From Podospora anserina (taxonomy: Eukaryota), in assembly GCA_017654855.1 (NCBI GenBank), contig CM030337.1, positions 1-64,000 of the forward strand: a DNA stretch of 64,000 bases, written 5' to 3'. Below are positions 13,734-28,200 of the stretch, in pieces; the first letter of the stretch is position 1, and the number at the start of each line of letters is the position of its first letter. The notes under the pieces are model-generated. The model was not told the origin of the DNA, searched no databases, and saw only the letters and a list, made by a program, of their open reading frames with translations. The translations under genes and the position numbers were made by a program.

Positions 13734-16700
13734 TCAATCTAGGTTCTGAGCCTCACACATTTGCTTATAAATCTCCCCCTTAGCCAAAAGCTTTGCATGT
13801 GTCCCTGCCTCCACAATCTTTCCTGCCTTGAAGACGCAAATGAGATCCGCGTCTTTGATGGTGCTCAGTCGGTGAGCAACAGCCACGGTAATGCGGTCAC
13901 CCTCCTTTGCTACTTCGGCAAGGGCCTCTTGGACAATCTTCTCGCTTGTGGAATCAAGCGCACTCGTGGCCTCGTCCAAAAGAAGGATCTTGGGGTTACG
14001 AATAAGAGCACGGGCAATAGCAATCCGCTGGCGCTGTCCTCCTGATAGCTGTGTTCCGTTGGGCCCAGCAAAAGTCGCAACACCGTCCGGAAGAGAGCAG
14101 ACGAAGTCCCAGGCATTCGCAGCGCGAAGCGCCGCTTCAACCCGAGTCGACAAAGCAGCATCCTTTTCGGTGGGCATGTCGCTTTCGTCGAGCCCCAGAG
14201 CAATGTTATCTTGGATTGTTCCCTGGAAGAGAGTTGGCTCTTGCTGGACGAGAGACACAATGGCGCGATAATGTCGAGGGTTGATTGAGGGGAGAGGATC
14301 AGATGCAATGCGGACGGTGCCAGTAGAGGCGTCGTAAAACCGTTCCAAAAGACCAATGATGGTCGACTTGCCGCAACCAGACGCACCAACAACGGCAATG
14401 AACTGTCCTTTTTCGATCTTCAGGTCCACGCCACGCAGCACAGTAGTGTCCGGGCGGAGCGGATACGAAAAGCGGACATTGTCGAGCTCAATGGGACCTC
14501 CAGACGAAGGCTTCCTGTCTTGATTGTCCGGTGTCTCCTGAACTATTGGCTGGAGTGAAGAGAGCCAAAAGATGTAATTTGCCGAGTTTTGCCCCTTGGT
14601 CATGCTTGTTGAGAATGCAAAAAACTGCGAGGCCGCTTGCGCCGACAAAAAGACACCCATAAAGGCCACAAAAAAGTCATACATGGAAATTTCGAGGTCC
14701 GAGACAAGCTTGCAGCCGTACCAGAAGCCCAAAGCCATGAAGAGATACTCGATACATTGAGTGAAGGCGAAGCACGTCATGATCAGGGTAAGAGGTTTGA
14801 CTGATCCAGCGACGGCATGGTCCAGTTCGGCAGTGTACTTTTCGAGAACCTTGTCCTCCAAAGCCAACGACGACACTGTCCGGATGGCATTGATGCTTTC
14901 CGAGGCGATGGCAGAACTCTTGGAATGGCGCTTGGAAACCATCTGATCCAGCTTCACATCAAGACGAATCTTGAAGAGGCCAGACAGGGCGAGAGGTGGC
15001 ATCCCGGCAAGGACAACAACAAGACCCAGCTTCCAAGTGTGTGCGATAGCCAAAATGCTGCAAGCTCCGAGGTTGAGGACCGAGATCAGAATGAGCCCAA
15101 CGTTTATGCCCATCAGCTCAAAGACGCCTTGGGGGTCTGACTCGACATGGCTGACTAAGGACCCAACCGAATTCTCGGGACGGTCGAAAAACTGGATGTC
15201 CTGACGCAATAAGTTGTCAAATACTTGTCGGCGGAGCTTCCGGGTCAACGTCTGGGCAATCGTGTTGCAAGCCCAACCGAGGACAAAGTAAACCGCGAGA
15301 CAACCCCCCGCCATGACAATAAACATGCAGGCAAAGAAGTTGCCGCGGTCAACCAGGGCCTGCCCGGTCAAAGTAAAGACGTCCATAACCCGGGCCATGA
15401 GAATGGCTTGACCTGGGAAGGCCGCGGCAGCTCCTACACAACCCAAGAAGAGCGCCCCATACATCAGGTTGAGCTCAGGGGTGTACTTGACAAGATGGGT
15501 TACTACGGTTAAGAGACCAACGTGCTTATGCTTGTGGAAGTCATCGCGATCCCTTTGCTCGTCCAGCCGCATCCAATCTTGTGTTGGGTATCGGGTCATG
15601 GTCTTGGTAAGTTCCATCGGATGACGACTCTCATTGTCCTCGTCGCCTTCATCATGACTGTCCATGTCCCGAGACCCATCCGTGTCTGGAAGCTTCTGGC
15701 CTCCGACAGCCAGATCTTGAGCGCGCACAAGTTTGGCATAGGTCCCATCCTGGGCAATGAGCCCCTCGTGAGTGCCTTGCTCAACAATCTTGCCCTTGGA
15801 CATCACGATGATTTGGTCTGCTTTTTTGATCGTAGCTAGCTTGTGTGCAATGACCAGCGTGGTGCGGCCCTCGGCGGCCCTGTCGAGCGCCTTCTGAACC
15901 GTGCCTTCAGCATGGGGATCTAGAGCCGAAGTGGCTTCATCGAGAAGAAGAACTTTAGGGTGGGAAACCACGCTCCGAGCAATGGCGACCCTCTGCTTCT
16001 GTCCTCCACTCAGCAAACCTCCTCGCTGGCCAATATCCGTATTGTAACCTTGAGGGAGCTGCAGGATAAAATCATGAGCAAACGCCAATTTTGCTGCCTC
16101 TTCCACACGAGCCATCTGCTCCTCGCGAGAACTCTGCTCGTATGGCGTGCCCACCAGCCCATAGGCGATATTTTCAAAGACAGTTCCTTGGAACAGGACA
16201 GGCTCTTGCTGCACCAACCGAATGTTTTTGCGAAGCCAGTGGAGGTTGAGCTGCTCAATGGGCCGGCCGTCGAGCTTGATGGAGCCAGAGAATGGATTGT
16301 ACCACCGTTCCAAGAGACCGACAATGGTGCTCTTGCCCGAACCGCTGGCGCCAACGAGAGCAGTCACTTTTCCTGCCGGGATTGTGAGAGTAAAGTCGTC
16401 CAAGACCTTGATCTTGGGCCTCGAGGGGTAGGCAAATGACACGTGCTCCAACTCCACAAGGCCCTCCACGCCATCGGGCTGATCCCCGGATTCGTCAAAG
16501 GGATCGATCTTGGAAACGGTGTCGATCAACTTGAAGAGCTGTGCGGCAGCTGTTGAAGCTCTCGAAAAGTCAATGCTGTACGGAGCGAGCATGGTGATAG
16601 AGATGGTGGCAATTACGACGGCAAACAAGACGGTAAAGATCTCGCCGGCAGCAATGTCGCCGCGTGACAGCATGGCAATACCTTGCCAAAAGGCAAGAGC

Positions 16701-17721
16701 CATCCCCAAGAAGATGATGCTGTACTCGGCCGACATTAAAATGCCGAGCAGCGGCGAAATCTTGCGTCCCCAGACCCCCGCTTCATCGAGATAGTTGTTG
16801 AACCTCTCAACCAGCCGCTCCCTCATGCCAAAGGCGTGAACAGTCTTGGCACTTGCAAGCACGCCCTCGGCAAAAGAGTTTGCCTGTGAGTAAATATCCA
16901 AGATCTTGGTCTCGTAGCCGGCGTGAACCATTGCGACAATGGACATGACCAAGATTGTTGCGGGGGCAATGCACAAGCATATAAGCGAAAGCTTCCAGTT
17001 GGTAACGAATGCAACGATAAAGGAGGCCATGAATGCAGCCAGCCCCTGAAAGGTGAGTCCTAGCTTCTCCGAAATGCCGCTCTGGATCAACTTGCCGTTG
17101 GATGACGCTTGTGCTGCGATGGAGCCGGCAGACCCAAGGTCGAAGAAGGCCACATCCTGGGAAAGCGCAGCGCGGAGATATGCGCGGCGAATGTTGCGGA
17201 CCGTGCGGTAACCGGCATAAGTGAACAAGGTGTTGTAAGTGTATGACAAGACGAAGCGGGCGATTCCGAGGTAGACGAAATAAACACTACAAACGTGTCA
17301 GATCAAAGCAAGAGTCATAAGGCCGCAAAACGTACGCTAGTTTGGAGACTTCGCCCATGAAAACGTCCCTGTCCGAAGTACTAGAGACATAGTCGGTGAT
17401 GACTGTCACAAACTGGCCAAAGATCAGGTTCTGCAAAGCCATGCCCACGCCAGAGCAGATTGCCGCAACAACAGCCACTGCCTGAATGATCTTTTCGACT
17501 TTGTCGGCATACCAGAATATTCTCTGTTCTTAATGTCAGTGTTGGTACAGGAGGCACAGTTTTCTGCATCGATTTCTGACCCAGTATGCACCATTTGATT
17601 CCTCCTTTTCCTCCGTGGTTGGCGGGGCGACTTCCTCGGTGGGCCCAGGAGTCGTCAAGGCTTCAGACACACAGTGTGTTGATGGGGTGCTCGGCTTTTC
17701 CGTCTCTGACATCGTCGCCAT
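13734..17721 (-). CDS. ABCB/MDR1-type full-length ABC multidrug transporter (3 exons)
   Basis: Two TMD-NBD halves with Walker A GASGSGKS and GASGCGKS, LSGGQ signatures and LLLDEATSALD. 5' exons join through GT-AG introns at ~17525-17580 and ~17288-17336. Start MATMSETEK. Confidence 0.95.
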
Positions 17722-18117
17722 CTTTGCCGTATGTGTGAGGCAACAAAGCGACGGTTCAGTGATGTAGTAGACGGCGTCATTCAGTCAACAGGAGAAGACG
17801 GTGACCTTTGAAGAAAAGAATAGCAGATGAAGGAAATTGCAGCTACTTGGCGCCAAGGGTAATGCAAGATGCCAAGGGTTGCAAAGCAGTGGAGCAGAGG
17901 TCAAGACTTGGACGACCAGATGCAGTAGACATAGACGACAAGCATCTCGAGGGATCGATAGGCACTCGGCCACTGGATTGTCCGTTGTCCGCACCGAGCT
18001 GACGCAACCTATGCGCGAAGAGTCGTCCCGAGTCAGGACGGCAGGGCAGTCCAAAAATGGAAGTCATCCTTGGCATAGGGCATGGCTGTGGATGCGAACT
18101 GAGGTCCGTGCCTTTGT

Positions 18118-18140
18118 CGCGGTCCGCGGTTTCCGCGGGC
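18118..18140. promoter_or_regulatory. Tandem TCCGCGG (PDRE-like) sites in the ABC/TF divergent promoter
   Basis: GCGGTCCGCGGTTTCCGCGGGC contains two CCGCGG at 18124 and 18133. CGG triplets are typical Zn2Cys6 binding sites. Confidence 0.4.
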
Positions 18141-18289
18141 CAGAAGGGTTGACTGTCCGCCCATTTCAACATCGGCCGCCCGCATGCCTCATGCTCCGTC
18201 TCCGATGCTCACGGCAAAACACCCGACAGCTTCCAATATCGCTTCACCTCTGTCCTTGTACGTCCCATAGGGCCGCCACTCTCATCGCC

Positions 18290-20940
18290 ATGAACCGTGC
18301 AACGGCTTCCCCACCCACCGAAGCCGCATCGGTCGTCCCCCGAGCTGTTCGTCTCCCTTCCAACTGACCCCACTTCAGCTTGGCTTTGTTCACATCGATA
18401 TTGACCTGACCACACATCATCCAGTGCAATGCATGTCGAGCTCGCAAGGTAGGCGCCTGATGCCAGCCTGTATGTTGCCAATCATTTCCCACGTGGCTAA
18501 GTGTTTATTTTGTAGATAGGATGCAATCGCGAATCTCCCTGTGCCAATTGCGTCAGAGCAAAGATCGAGTGAGCAGTCTCCGTTTATTTGTTCTCAAGTT
18601 TATCCTCACCTGACTCTTGTTGTGTAGATGTATCTACAATGAAATACGACCCAGGGAGAAGAGGGCTCGCATTCTTTTGAGCCACCAATAGTATGATTGC
18701 CTCGATATTCTATAGTCAGGTTCACGTAATACTTACCAGACCCCGTTGCTGTAACCTGTCTAGTGAGCAAAAGATCGACCACCTTGACAGTCGCCTGGAT
18801 GAGATCCTAGATCTTCTGCGACAACTCAAAACTCAGCAACCCACAACTGGCCGCCCAATCCCCGAGATCCAGCTCCGTGCACCATCGCCAGCCAATGTAA
18901 CCGCTCCAAGAACACAACCCGCAGCTCTCTCAATACCAGTCACACCATCGCCAGCCGCAACAAGCCCAGACTCATCAACCGCCACCACGCATGTCAGGTC
19001 CAGTCATGCTCATGCAAACACCACACCGCCCATGGTTGAGGGCAACTCATCGCTTACCGCACAGACAGAGTTCGCCAGTGAATTCCTGAAAACTGCCGTC
19101 CATGACCGGGACTCGCAACCAGAAATGCGCGAGCGCCTCGATGCCCTTCGTGTCCTCGTCGAGGCCATGAAAAAACAACCAGCGGCGGATGAGATGCGGT
19201 ATCCACATGCTGCACCCGTCAAGACGCTATCCTTGAAAGATTGCAAGTTGCCCCCTATTCAGATTGTTGTTGAGGTTCTCCGGATGACACAGTCCTTTAA
19301 GGTTATGTGTCTGGCCTGGGTGTACGAGCTAATACCTCTCACGGGGTTCCTTGAGGCATATGTGAGAGAGGACAACGATTTGATCACCCTCATCAATGTC
19401 AATGTTGGTCTCCACTTCCTATTTTGGGCGTGCGCACAAGTGGACCAAGAAAAGAAAGACGAATATCTTGGTTACGCGCAGACCTGTGGTAGTACCATCG
19501 AAACAGCTTTGGCACATCTGCCGCTGCATCTTCCCGCCAACGATGACACTATCTCTGCGCTCCTGTCGGGATCATTTTATGCCGTGGAGATATCCAAGCC
19601 CTCCCTAGCCTGGATTCTGACTTCCAAGGCATCAGAACTGTGCCAGACACTGGGCTATCACCGAGCCAACGACGGCTATGTCCTGTTCAAGTCTGGAGGG
19701 GCTGCAAATGATATTGATCGATACAAGCGGCACTTGTTGTTTTGGTCCGTCTACATTGTCGACAAGAGCCTGTCTCTCCGGCTTGGACGGTCCTCCAGTA
19801 TCCAAGACTACGACATTTCCCTCCCATATCCTTCCACAAATAATCCCGGCAATTCCGGCATCACAGGATTTTTTTTACTATGGGTTCTCCTAGCAAAGTT
19901 ACAGGGCCAGGTGTACGAGTTGCTCTATTGCCCAGAGGCCGTCATTGCGCCAGAAAGTGTCAAGAGAGAAAGGGTTAAGACTCTGCTGGGTCGTTTGGAA
20001 GAATTCGAGGCCAAGACGGCAGAGGTGATTGTAAGTGTCTTCTCGCCACTGGTCTGATGGCCTGAATATGAAATCTAATCATGACGCTACCTACTGCAGC
20101 ACCAATGGAGTTCGTATTGCCGCGAACATGCCGGCGATGACTTGACTGATTTCTTTCTTGTGTCCGATCACGTACTGCGGCTTAGTCTCCTCACAATGGT
20201 GCATCGCGCCGTTCCCAATCCACCAGGATCACCCACCACTTTCTCCACAGAGTGTATAAACGTGGCACGCCAAACGCTAGGACGACACCAAGAGTGTATG
20301 GAGTTAATCAAGTCCACAAACTACGGGTTGTTCAGCACTTATATGCACTGGTACGTAGCTCGGTCATGTTTCTCCACCTATCACAGCAAGTACTGAAAAA
20401 GGGCTGATTGGTGCTGACGGCTGAAACAGGACGATCCTAATGGCCCCCTTCGTTCCGTTCATTGTCCTTTTCTGTCAGGTAATCGAAACAAAAGATAAGG
20501 ATGATCTTGCCAGACTGCAAGCCTTTGCCACGTCGTTACAGTATGAGTCTTCCGTCACTGAGGCCGTGGAAAGACTCCGTCGTTTATTTCAGGTGCTCGT
20601 CAGCGTGGCATCCCATCATGTTCAATCTCCTCCTACCAGCCAGATCGGACAACGTACAGATTTAAGACCCGACCTACCGAAAGATACACACCAGGCCCAT
20701 CAGGCAGCGTTCGAAGTTGACGCTTATCTCGGAACATTAGGGTTTTCCCAACAAACTGTCTCAGATCAGTGGCCCGAGAGCACAACTGGTCAAGGACAAG
20801 AGAATGGCCGAGAAGGAGGAGAGTTTCCCGAGGGACATCGAATGGCTAACCCCATGATGTGGATGTGGAATGAGATGCAGCTGGAGGATTGGTTCTACAA
20901 TAATGATCAGATAGAAGCGTTGGAATCTCTGTATAATTAA
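18290..20940 (+). CDS. Zn(II)2Cys6 transcription factor with fungal-specific TF domain (multi-exon)
   Basis: Spliced N-terminus MNRATASPPTEAASVVPRA-CNACRARK-IGCNRESPCANCVRAKIE-C. Middle homology region 'LFWSVYIVDKSLSLRLGRSSSIQDYDI'. Canonical introns throughout. Confidence 0.92.
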
Positions 20941-22473
20941 CAATTGCCATGTATTAGCATCGGTGTTTCCTATTTTCTCTAGTCGCACTTGCAGAATTCA
21001 CTTGATGGAGTCCCTGACTCAACAAACAAAAGAACGACATAGACTGATGGAGAGTCTAGTAGAGCTGAAACTCAGGATCTAAAATTTCCCAACATGCCAC
21101 TCGTAGGTAATATTTAAAAAGCCCAAAGTAACTCATTAGGCTACATGGAGGTGATACGTTAGGCACATGGAGGATTTCAGCAATCATGCCAAGATAGGTT
21201 GGCGATCAAACTACATGTAGCACTTATTGCTTCCTGGACTCGGACCGTAAGTAGCGGCTTGGAGAATATTACCACTCTCGTCGAGTATGGTACCGGGCTC
21301 TCGTCTGGCAACGTCGAGCACAATCCAAAAGTGCAGGATGACGCTGACTGAAACTCGCCTGTAACACAAAGAGTTTGTCGCCTTACCGTTGTATGATTAG
21401 CCTCATACGTAGAGGATGAAGTAGGGTGGGGTCAACACTCCCACTAGGTACCTTAGATAAAATTAATGTCCGCGTTCAAGATATGTATATCAACTCCCTT
21501 GCTGAACTTTTAATATCCTTGAAGGCCAAGTAAGAATCATCCCATACCTATCGGCTTAACATATTATTCGCGACTATATTTCTTACTTATTTCCCTGAAG
21601 ATGGCTTCCGCAATGTCCGTTCAACTGCAAGCGATCGGGTCGTCTGGAGCCAAGTCACTCTAAGCTGAGCCAACTAGTGCTGACTTGATCGCGAGTTTGC
21701 ACTAGGTTTGTGGTGACATCCTGTAATCGAATAGCCAATCCGGACTTCTCAAAGATTGAATGTTGACGGCACTGGCCAATAAACAAATTTACTGGTGGAA
21801 GATTCTCCCTATTGTATAGTAGCCAAGAATGCTTTGTGCCTTGATGCACTTTACTTTTATCACACGTCCAGCTCGGCATTCCCTGCTGCCACTTTGAACT
21901 TGACGTCAAACGGCAGTTGAAGCCCTGCCCCGTGCTTTATTGGGACAAGTGTTACGCCGGGAACGACACGGGGTAGTAGAGGACTCGTCCCGCTCCAATC
22001 GGGAATTTGAAACACTACCGGGACTGTTTCTCTCATCCTTTTTCAGCATCCACGCTGATCCCTATCCCGTGTCGGCTCCATCGCACGGGATAGGACTTGT
22101 GCCACATGACACTTGTGGTATCCAAAAAAAGGTCTTGTTTGGTCTAATGAGGCTATTTAGGCGGTTTATGATGGAGAAACTTGATTCGTTCGCAACGCAA
22201 TGGTTCTTCCCCAGGTTTTCGTGGACCCGGAGAATGCACCCCGCAGTCGGTAGATGTGCTTGATCTGGAGACTAAAGAACCGCGAGATGAAGCCAAGATC
22301 TCAGCCTTGGATCACAAAGCGCAGGATATACAACAGGTTCAGTCGTGACAGGAGACGGTCGATGGACATATATTTAGAGGGCAGACGCGCCCCTAATAAA
22401 TGACATACCGTTGACATCCCATCACCCCATCAGTCCCCAACTTCCTCTGCCCTCTAAGTCGGAACCGCTTGTC

Positions 22474-23352
22474 ATGAAGCTCTCGTCGTTCACCATCTTG
22501 GCTGGCCTCGCGGCCCAAGCCCAGGCCCACTACATTTTCAACATACTGATTGTGAACGGCCAGCGCATCGGTATGACAATTCATGATTAACCCTTCTTGC
22601 AGTTGGGGTTATACTAACAAAAGAATGGAAAGGTGGCGAGTACACATACGTTCGACGCAATTCTAACAGCTACAATCCGGCCTTTCCCGACATCCTTACC
22701 TCTGATGAATTACGGTGCAACCGCGGTAAGCCTAACAGATGAAAACATGTGGAATATTCAAGAATCTAAGTCTCAATTTAGGCGCCAAGCCTGGCGGCAA
22801 CGTACAGACATACGAGGTTAAGGCTGGTGATAAGATCGGCTTCAAGGTCTTCAACAACGAGTTTATTGAACACCCCGGCCCGGGGTTCATCTACATGTCC
22901 AAAGCCCCTGGCAGTGTCGCTACCTACGATGGTTCCGGCGAGTGGTTCAAGGTCTACGAGACCGGTCTTTGCCGCGGCGGAGGAAATGTGGACACGAACT
23001 GGTGCTCGTGGCAGAAGGACAGGTGAGTTCCAAGTCAACCCTGACCCCTTGTTAGCAAATTCTCACACTACATGTCAGGCTTGAATTCACTATCCCGCCC
23101 AAGACCCCCCCTGGAGAGTATCTCGTCCGCATCGAGCACATTGGTCTGCACGAGGGTCACGTACGCCGCGCTCAGTTCTACATTACCTGCGCACAGTTGA
23201 GGATCACCGGGCCCGGTGGTGGCAACCCCTCACCTCTTGTCCGCATCCCCGGTCTCTACAATGCCAATGACCCCGGCATTGCTTACAACAAGTGGACCAA
23301 CAACCCCGCCGCTTATCGCATGCCTGGTCCCGCTGTCTGGAACGGAAACTGA
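22474..23352 (+). CDS. AA9 lytic polysaccharide monooxygenase (secreted, no CBM1)
   Basis: Signal peptide MKLSSFTILAGLAAQAQA followed by N-terminal His (HYIF). Also HPGPG, GEWFKV, GEYLVRIEHIGLH and AQFYITCAQL. Three introns. Confidence 0.95.
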
Positions 23353-24144
23353 GCAGGTGAAGCACAGGATGACAGACTACCTGAGGTATGTTGAAGGCTT
23401 GTAGCCTTCTGATGTCTGTCTGTGTTCAGATTAGTAGATGCCTGCCTTAGTGTGGCATTTTGCCCCCTAAATAAAATGTCACACGTATCTCCAGGACCCG
23501 TTGTCATTCTGTGTTGAAGATGGCGGTAACTGCCAAAGAAATCCAAGAAAATCACGTTGCTTGGCAAAACCCCACCCAGTCATATTCTACGATGTTACAT
23601 AATTCCGGGTTTCCTTTTTCGGTCCATTCAGCATTTTACAGGGCCATCGAACAACACATGCATACGGGAGCAACCCCCCACTTGGGACCTCGTAGCCCAC
23701 AGTTCTTATGGAGAGTGACAAATGAAACATCTATCCACTGCCGCGCGGGGTATTCATGTACAACCCCCCGTTGGGAGAAACTGGAAATCTTCAACAACAA
23801 TGGAACTGCATGCACACTTGCGCAGGCAATCGCAACATCTCATTGCCTGGGCGAATCTTGACCGCTACTTTGAGGTCACATAATGCATTAACCCCGTTTC
23901 AAGCACCCAACTCAATATATGACTTGGGTGATCATGAAATCAACATATCGGCGTTTGGATGGAATATCCGATTGGTGTAAGCCTGCGCAAAACGATACCC
24001 CCCCCCCTCCCCCTCCCTTCCACTTCCGTATGGTTCTCATCTGTCTCCGCCATGTCACTTGGTCTAGTTTATATTAATGTGAATGGTTTGAGGAAGCACC
24101 CTCCCCACAAAATAATTGGCGCAGCAAAAGTACTAAACTTAACC

Positions 24145-24275
24145 TATACCATATTATTGACCCTGCCTTAAAAGCAGATTAATAGACCTTTTAGATATCT
24201 TTAAAGGACCATATTTATCTTCGAAGGTCTATAAACTATCTTTCAACGCCTATGAACTATCTTTAAACGCCTAAC
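24145..24275 (+). repeat. Degenerate AT-rich dispersed repeat, copy A
   Basis: 24212-24249 matches the reverse complement of 33304-33341 at 31/38 nt. Similarity extends over ~100 bp. Confidence 0.6.
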
Positions 24276-25232
24276 AACTGTTTTACAAGGCATGGTTCGC
24301 AAGTAATTGACCCCGGGTCATTAAGACGGAATTGGTGAGGTCTTTCTGGCCTGAGTATCCTACCTTACGGTTCAACAATGGCGAGTCGCCATGACAATTA
24401 CAGCAGTTGCCGCCGCTACCCGACGTGAAGAAGGTATGGTAGAAAACTGCCTGCAAGGTTAAACTTGCGGGCCGTTAACCGCTCGAGCTGACGCCAATAG
24501 AAATGCATGCACACGCTCGGCTTCCAGGTTCGGTCCCATTCTCTCGGGTCAAGCCACATTTTGATGATGAGTGCAATTCATCAATCTATGATCCAGGAGG
24601 GGCAACCTGGCCAGCCAATTCAAATACTAGCTGATATTTCAATGCAGCTCTTGCTTGGATAGGCTTCTATGGTGCCTCCATCCCATAATGTACCCGCTGT
24701 GGGCGGCATCTTTGGGTAAACTTGGGATGGTGGGGGTGCAGCCCATGCAGCTGCTGCAACTGTCCGGGTACTTGCTTCCGTGGCCGGCTGAGGTGTCTGG
24801 AATTAAAGGAGCACACCGGGTATCCGGTGTCATGTGCATGTTCCAGGACAGAGATTCCATGAAACCTTACGTGCATATAGGTGCGTATTACCTATACGAC
24901 ATTCAGTTAGATCCTGGCCAGCAGGTCACTGCAACACCCCTTAAGTCAGGGATTGCAAGATAGACAGGTAGATATGGTGGAGGAAGGGTGATGAGATTTG
25001 CTGTTCGTTCCTTCCCATCTGCCCGATTAGTCTCGCTGTTCACATAGCTGCGCGTGGATACCGACTTTTTCTCAACTCCGCCAGTTGGTGCTGCCAGCTC
25101 TGGTAGGCTTGCTTACCTGTAAACTGCTGTCTATCTGTATATCAAGTCTCTCTGTTCTCGCTTTTGTTGTGGCGGGCCTTTATCTTTCCCAAACCGTACT
25201 ATTGGACACGGATTACAACAAGTCTTCTTACA

Positions 25233-28200
25233 ATGGCCCGGCAACAAATCTTTCTACTCGGTCCCCAAGTGACCAATTGGACACGAGAGGCCTTGGCGGA
25301 ACTACAACAAAACCTCCTGAAAGATCCCACCCTCGACTTCATCACTCAAGCCCTGTTAACCTTGCCCTCCCTCTCGTCTATACTCGGACAACAGCTCGGG
25401 CTAGACTTTCACCCTGGCCGGATTTTCCATCTTCTCGCGGACTTTGCCCAAGGCGGGCAGCTTCTCTTAAACACCAATGATGATTGGCGGCACAACACTT
25501 TGCTGGCCCCATTGACAATCGTGTCTCAAGCCGTAGACCTCGCCGTTCAGTTTGGAGGTCTTCCTAGAAACAAACTACCCTTAACACCGCATCAGCAAGT
25601 TCAGGGCTTCTGCATTGGCTGGCTGTCGGCATCATCTCTTGCTAGTGCGTCAACTTGGGATGACTTCAAGCGTAATATTTCCGCTGCCTTGCGACTTGGG
25701 GCCTGTATTGGCGCAGCAGTGGACGCCGATTCCAGTCAGTGCCCTTCTGATCACGCAAGGGCTATTTGTGTGCGCCTGAGGAACCCGAGTGATAGGGTGT
25801 TTCTGGAGACACTGCTGGACCAGATACCGGATGCAAGTCATTCAACCTTTTTTGGCTGGCCTGTACAAGCTAACATGTTGCTAGGCCTACATTTCTTGTT
25901 TTCTGGATGAGGGCGTTCTCACCGTGACGGTGCCAAACAGCAAGCGACTTTGGTTGGAAGGACAGCTGCAGAGAGCTACCCTGCCGTGGACCGATATTGG
26001 GCTTCGTGGCCATTACCATCACCTACGGCATGAGGAGAGAGCCCAAACCCTCAAAAGAATCTGTGCCTCTATTGTGGAACTTCAGCTTCCCGCCGCCGCG
26101 GCCTTGCAAACACCGTTGAGATCAACCGCTGATGCCAACATCGTCCCGCCGAACGCGACATCACTTCACGATATTGCCATCGATCTCACGCTGTGCAAAC
26201 GAGCCCACTGGTTACAAACTCTGCGCAACTGTGTCGAGAAAGCCGACAACTTCGTCTTCATACCCATTGGTTCCCATACTGGAGGCCTTGTTCCGCGTTC
26301 GATTACCCATCCTCGCCCCTCACCCAGCACCTCGATGCCAGAGGACGAGATCGCCATTATCGGCATGTCTGCTCGCTTCCCTGGCTCGGACTCCATATCA
26401 GACTTTTGGAACCTTTTGGTCTCAGGGAAGACTGCGTTTGGACCTCTTCCAGTGTCCCGTTTTGATCCGACATATCCCAGCATTGCCTCACGTCTGGCCG
26501 AAGCCAAATACCAGGGGAACTTTCTCAGGGATGAGGTTGTCAAGGGCTTCGACCACCGGTTCTTTGATATTGCTGGGCGAGCAGCTAAACACATCGATCC
26601 CCAGCAAAGGCTTGTCCTTGAGGTTGCATATGAGGCTCTAGCTACCGCAGGATATCACCAGATCAAGACCCACCAGCAAAAGGAAGTGGGTGTATACATG
26701 GGCGTTGGTGAGGTTGAATATCAACATAATCTTGCCGGACACCAAGCAACTCCTTTCACTGCGGTGGGTTTGTTGAGAAGCTTCATCAGTGGGAGAGTTA
26801 GCCATTTCTTTGGCTGGAATGGGCCTGCGGTTACAGTTGATACTGCTTGTTCCTCAAGCGCTGTGGCTATACACACAGCTTCGAAGGTAAGGCACCAGAT
26901 TTGGCCCATTGTTCATTGGACGTGACTGACATGGACTGCTAGGCTCTTTTGATAGGCGAGTGCGAACTTGCCTTGGCGGGCGGTGTGAACATCATCACCA
27001 GCCCCGAGTTGCACCAAGCTCTTGCCGCAGGCTCTTTTCTCAACCCCCATGGAGCAAGCCATGCATTTGATAGCTCTGCCGCAGGGTACTGTCGAGGAGA
27101 AGGGGCAGGTATATTGGTGCTGAAGCCCTTGTCCAAAGCTGTTGCGGACGGTGACGCAATTTTAGGAGTCATCGGGGCTTCCGCCGTCAACCAAAACTCC
27201 AATTGCAGTCCGATCACTGTCCCAGAGTCGTCATCACAGTGCTCACTATACAAGAAAATTCTGCAAACGGCAGGAGTGAGCCCGGGAGAAGTTACCTACG
27301 TCGAAGCACATGGAACTGGTGAGTGTCCCTCTTGTGCTGACATTGCTGGGACCACATCACTGATGCCATCATAGGCACACAAGTCGGGGACCCTAAGGAG
27401 TATGAGAGCATAAGAATGGCTCTCTGTGGTCCCTTTCGCACCGAGCACCTGTTTGTCGGCTCCGCCAAAGACAGTATCGGGCACTGCGAGGCTGCATCAG
27501 GCGTGGCCGGCGTCATAAAGACCCTTCTCATGATGCACCACAAGACCATTCCCCCGCAGGCTGGATTTGACACTCTCAATCCTCGCATTACCACAACCCC
27601 AGCAGATAAGATAATCATCCCCAAAGTTGCCCAGCCCTGGAGCCCAGTCCACCGACGAGTCGCGCTTGTGAACAATTATGGCGCTGCAGGTTCTAATGCT
27701 GCTATTCTTGTCAGGGAATATGAGGAACCAGCTTCCCAGTCTGTGCTGTCGGCTCCGACATCCTACCCAATACTTCTCGCGGCGAAGTCACCCAATCATT
27801 TGCAGTCCATGATTGCTGCGCTGAAGTCCTGGACACCACTCCCCGCATCATTTGGGGACATCGCCTACAACATTAACAAGTCCCAGAATCCCCAGTTCCC
27901 TCACCGACTGGCCCTTACAGCCAGGAGTCACGATGATATGGTTGCCTGTCTTGAGACGACGGCAGCGTCCATGCCCACCACTCAGCTACCAGTAGTGCTT
28001 GCATTCGGTGGCCAAACAGGGCAGAGTGTTTCGATTTCAGAACATCTCTACAATTCATGCCCTGTGTTGCGCAGGCACCTTGTGAGTGGCGCTCTTTGTT
28101 TATATACCCCTGAATTCACCCCTATCCTACCCCGAGTCTTGGATTGTTTGCACATGGCGCTAAGAAAAGCTCTAGGACCACTGCAATGATGTCTGTGTTG

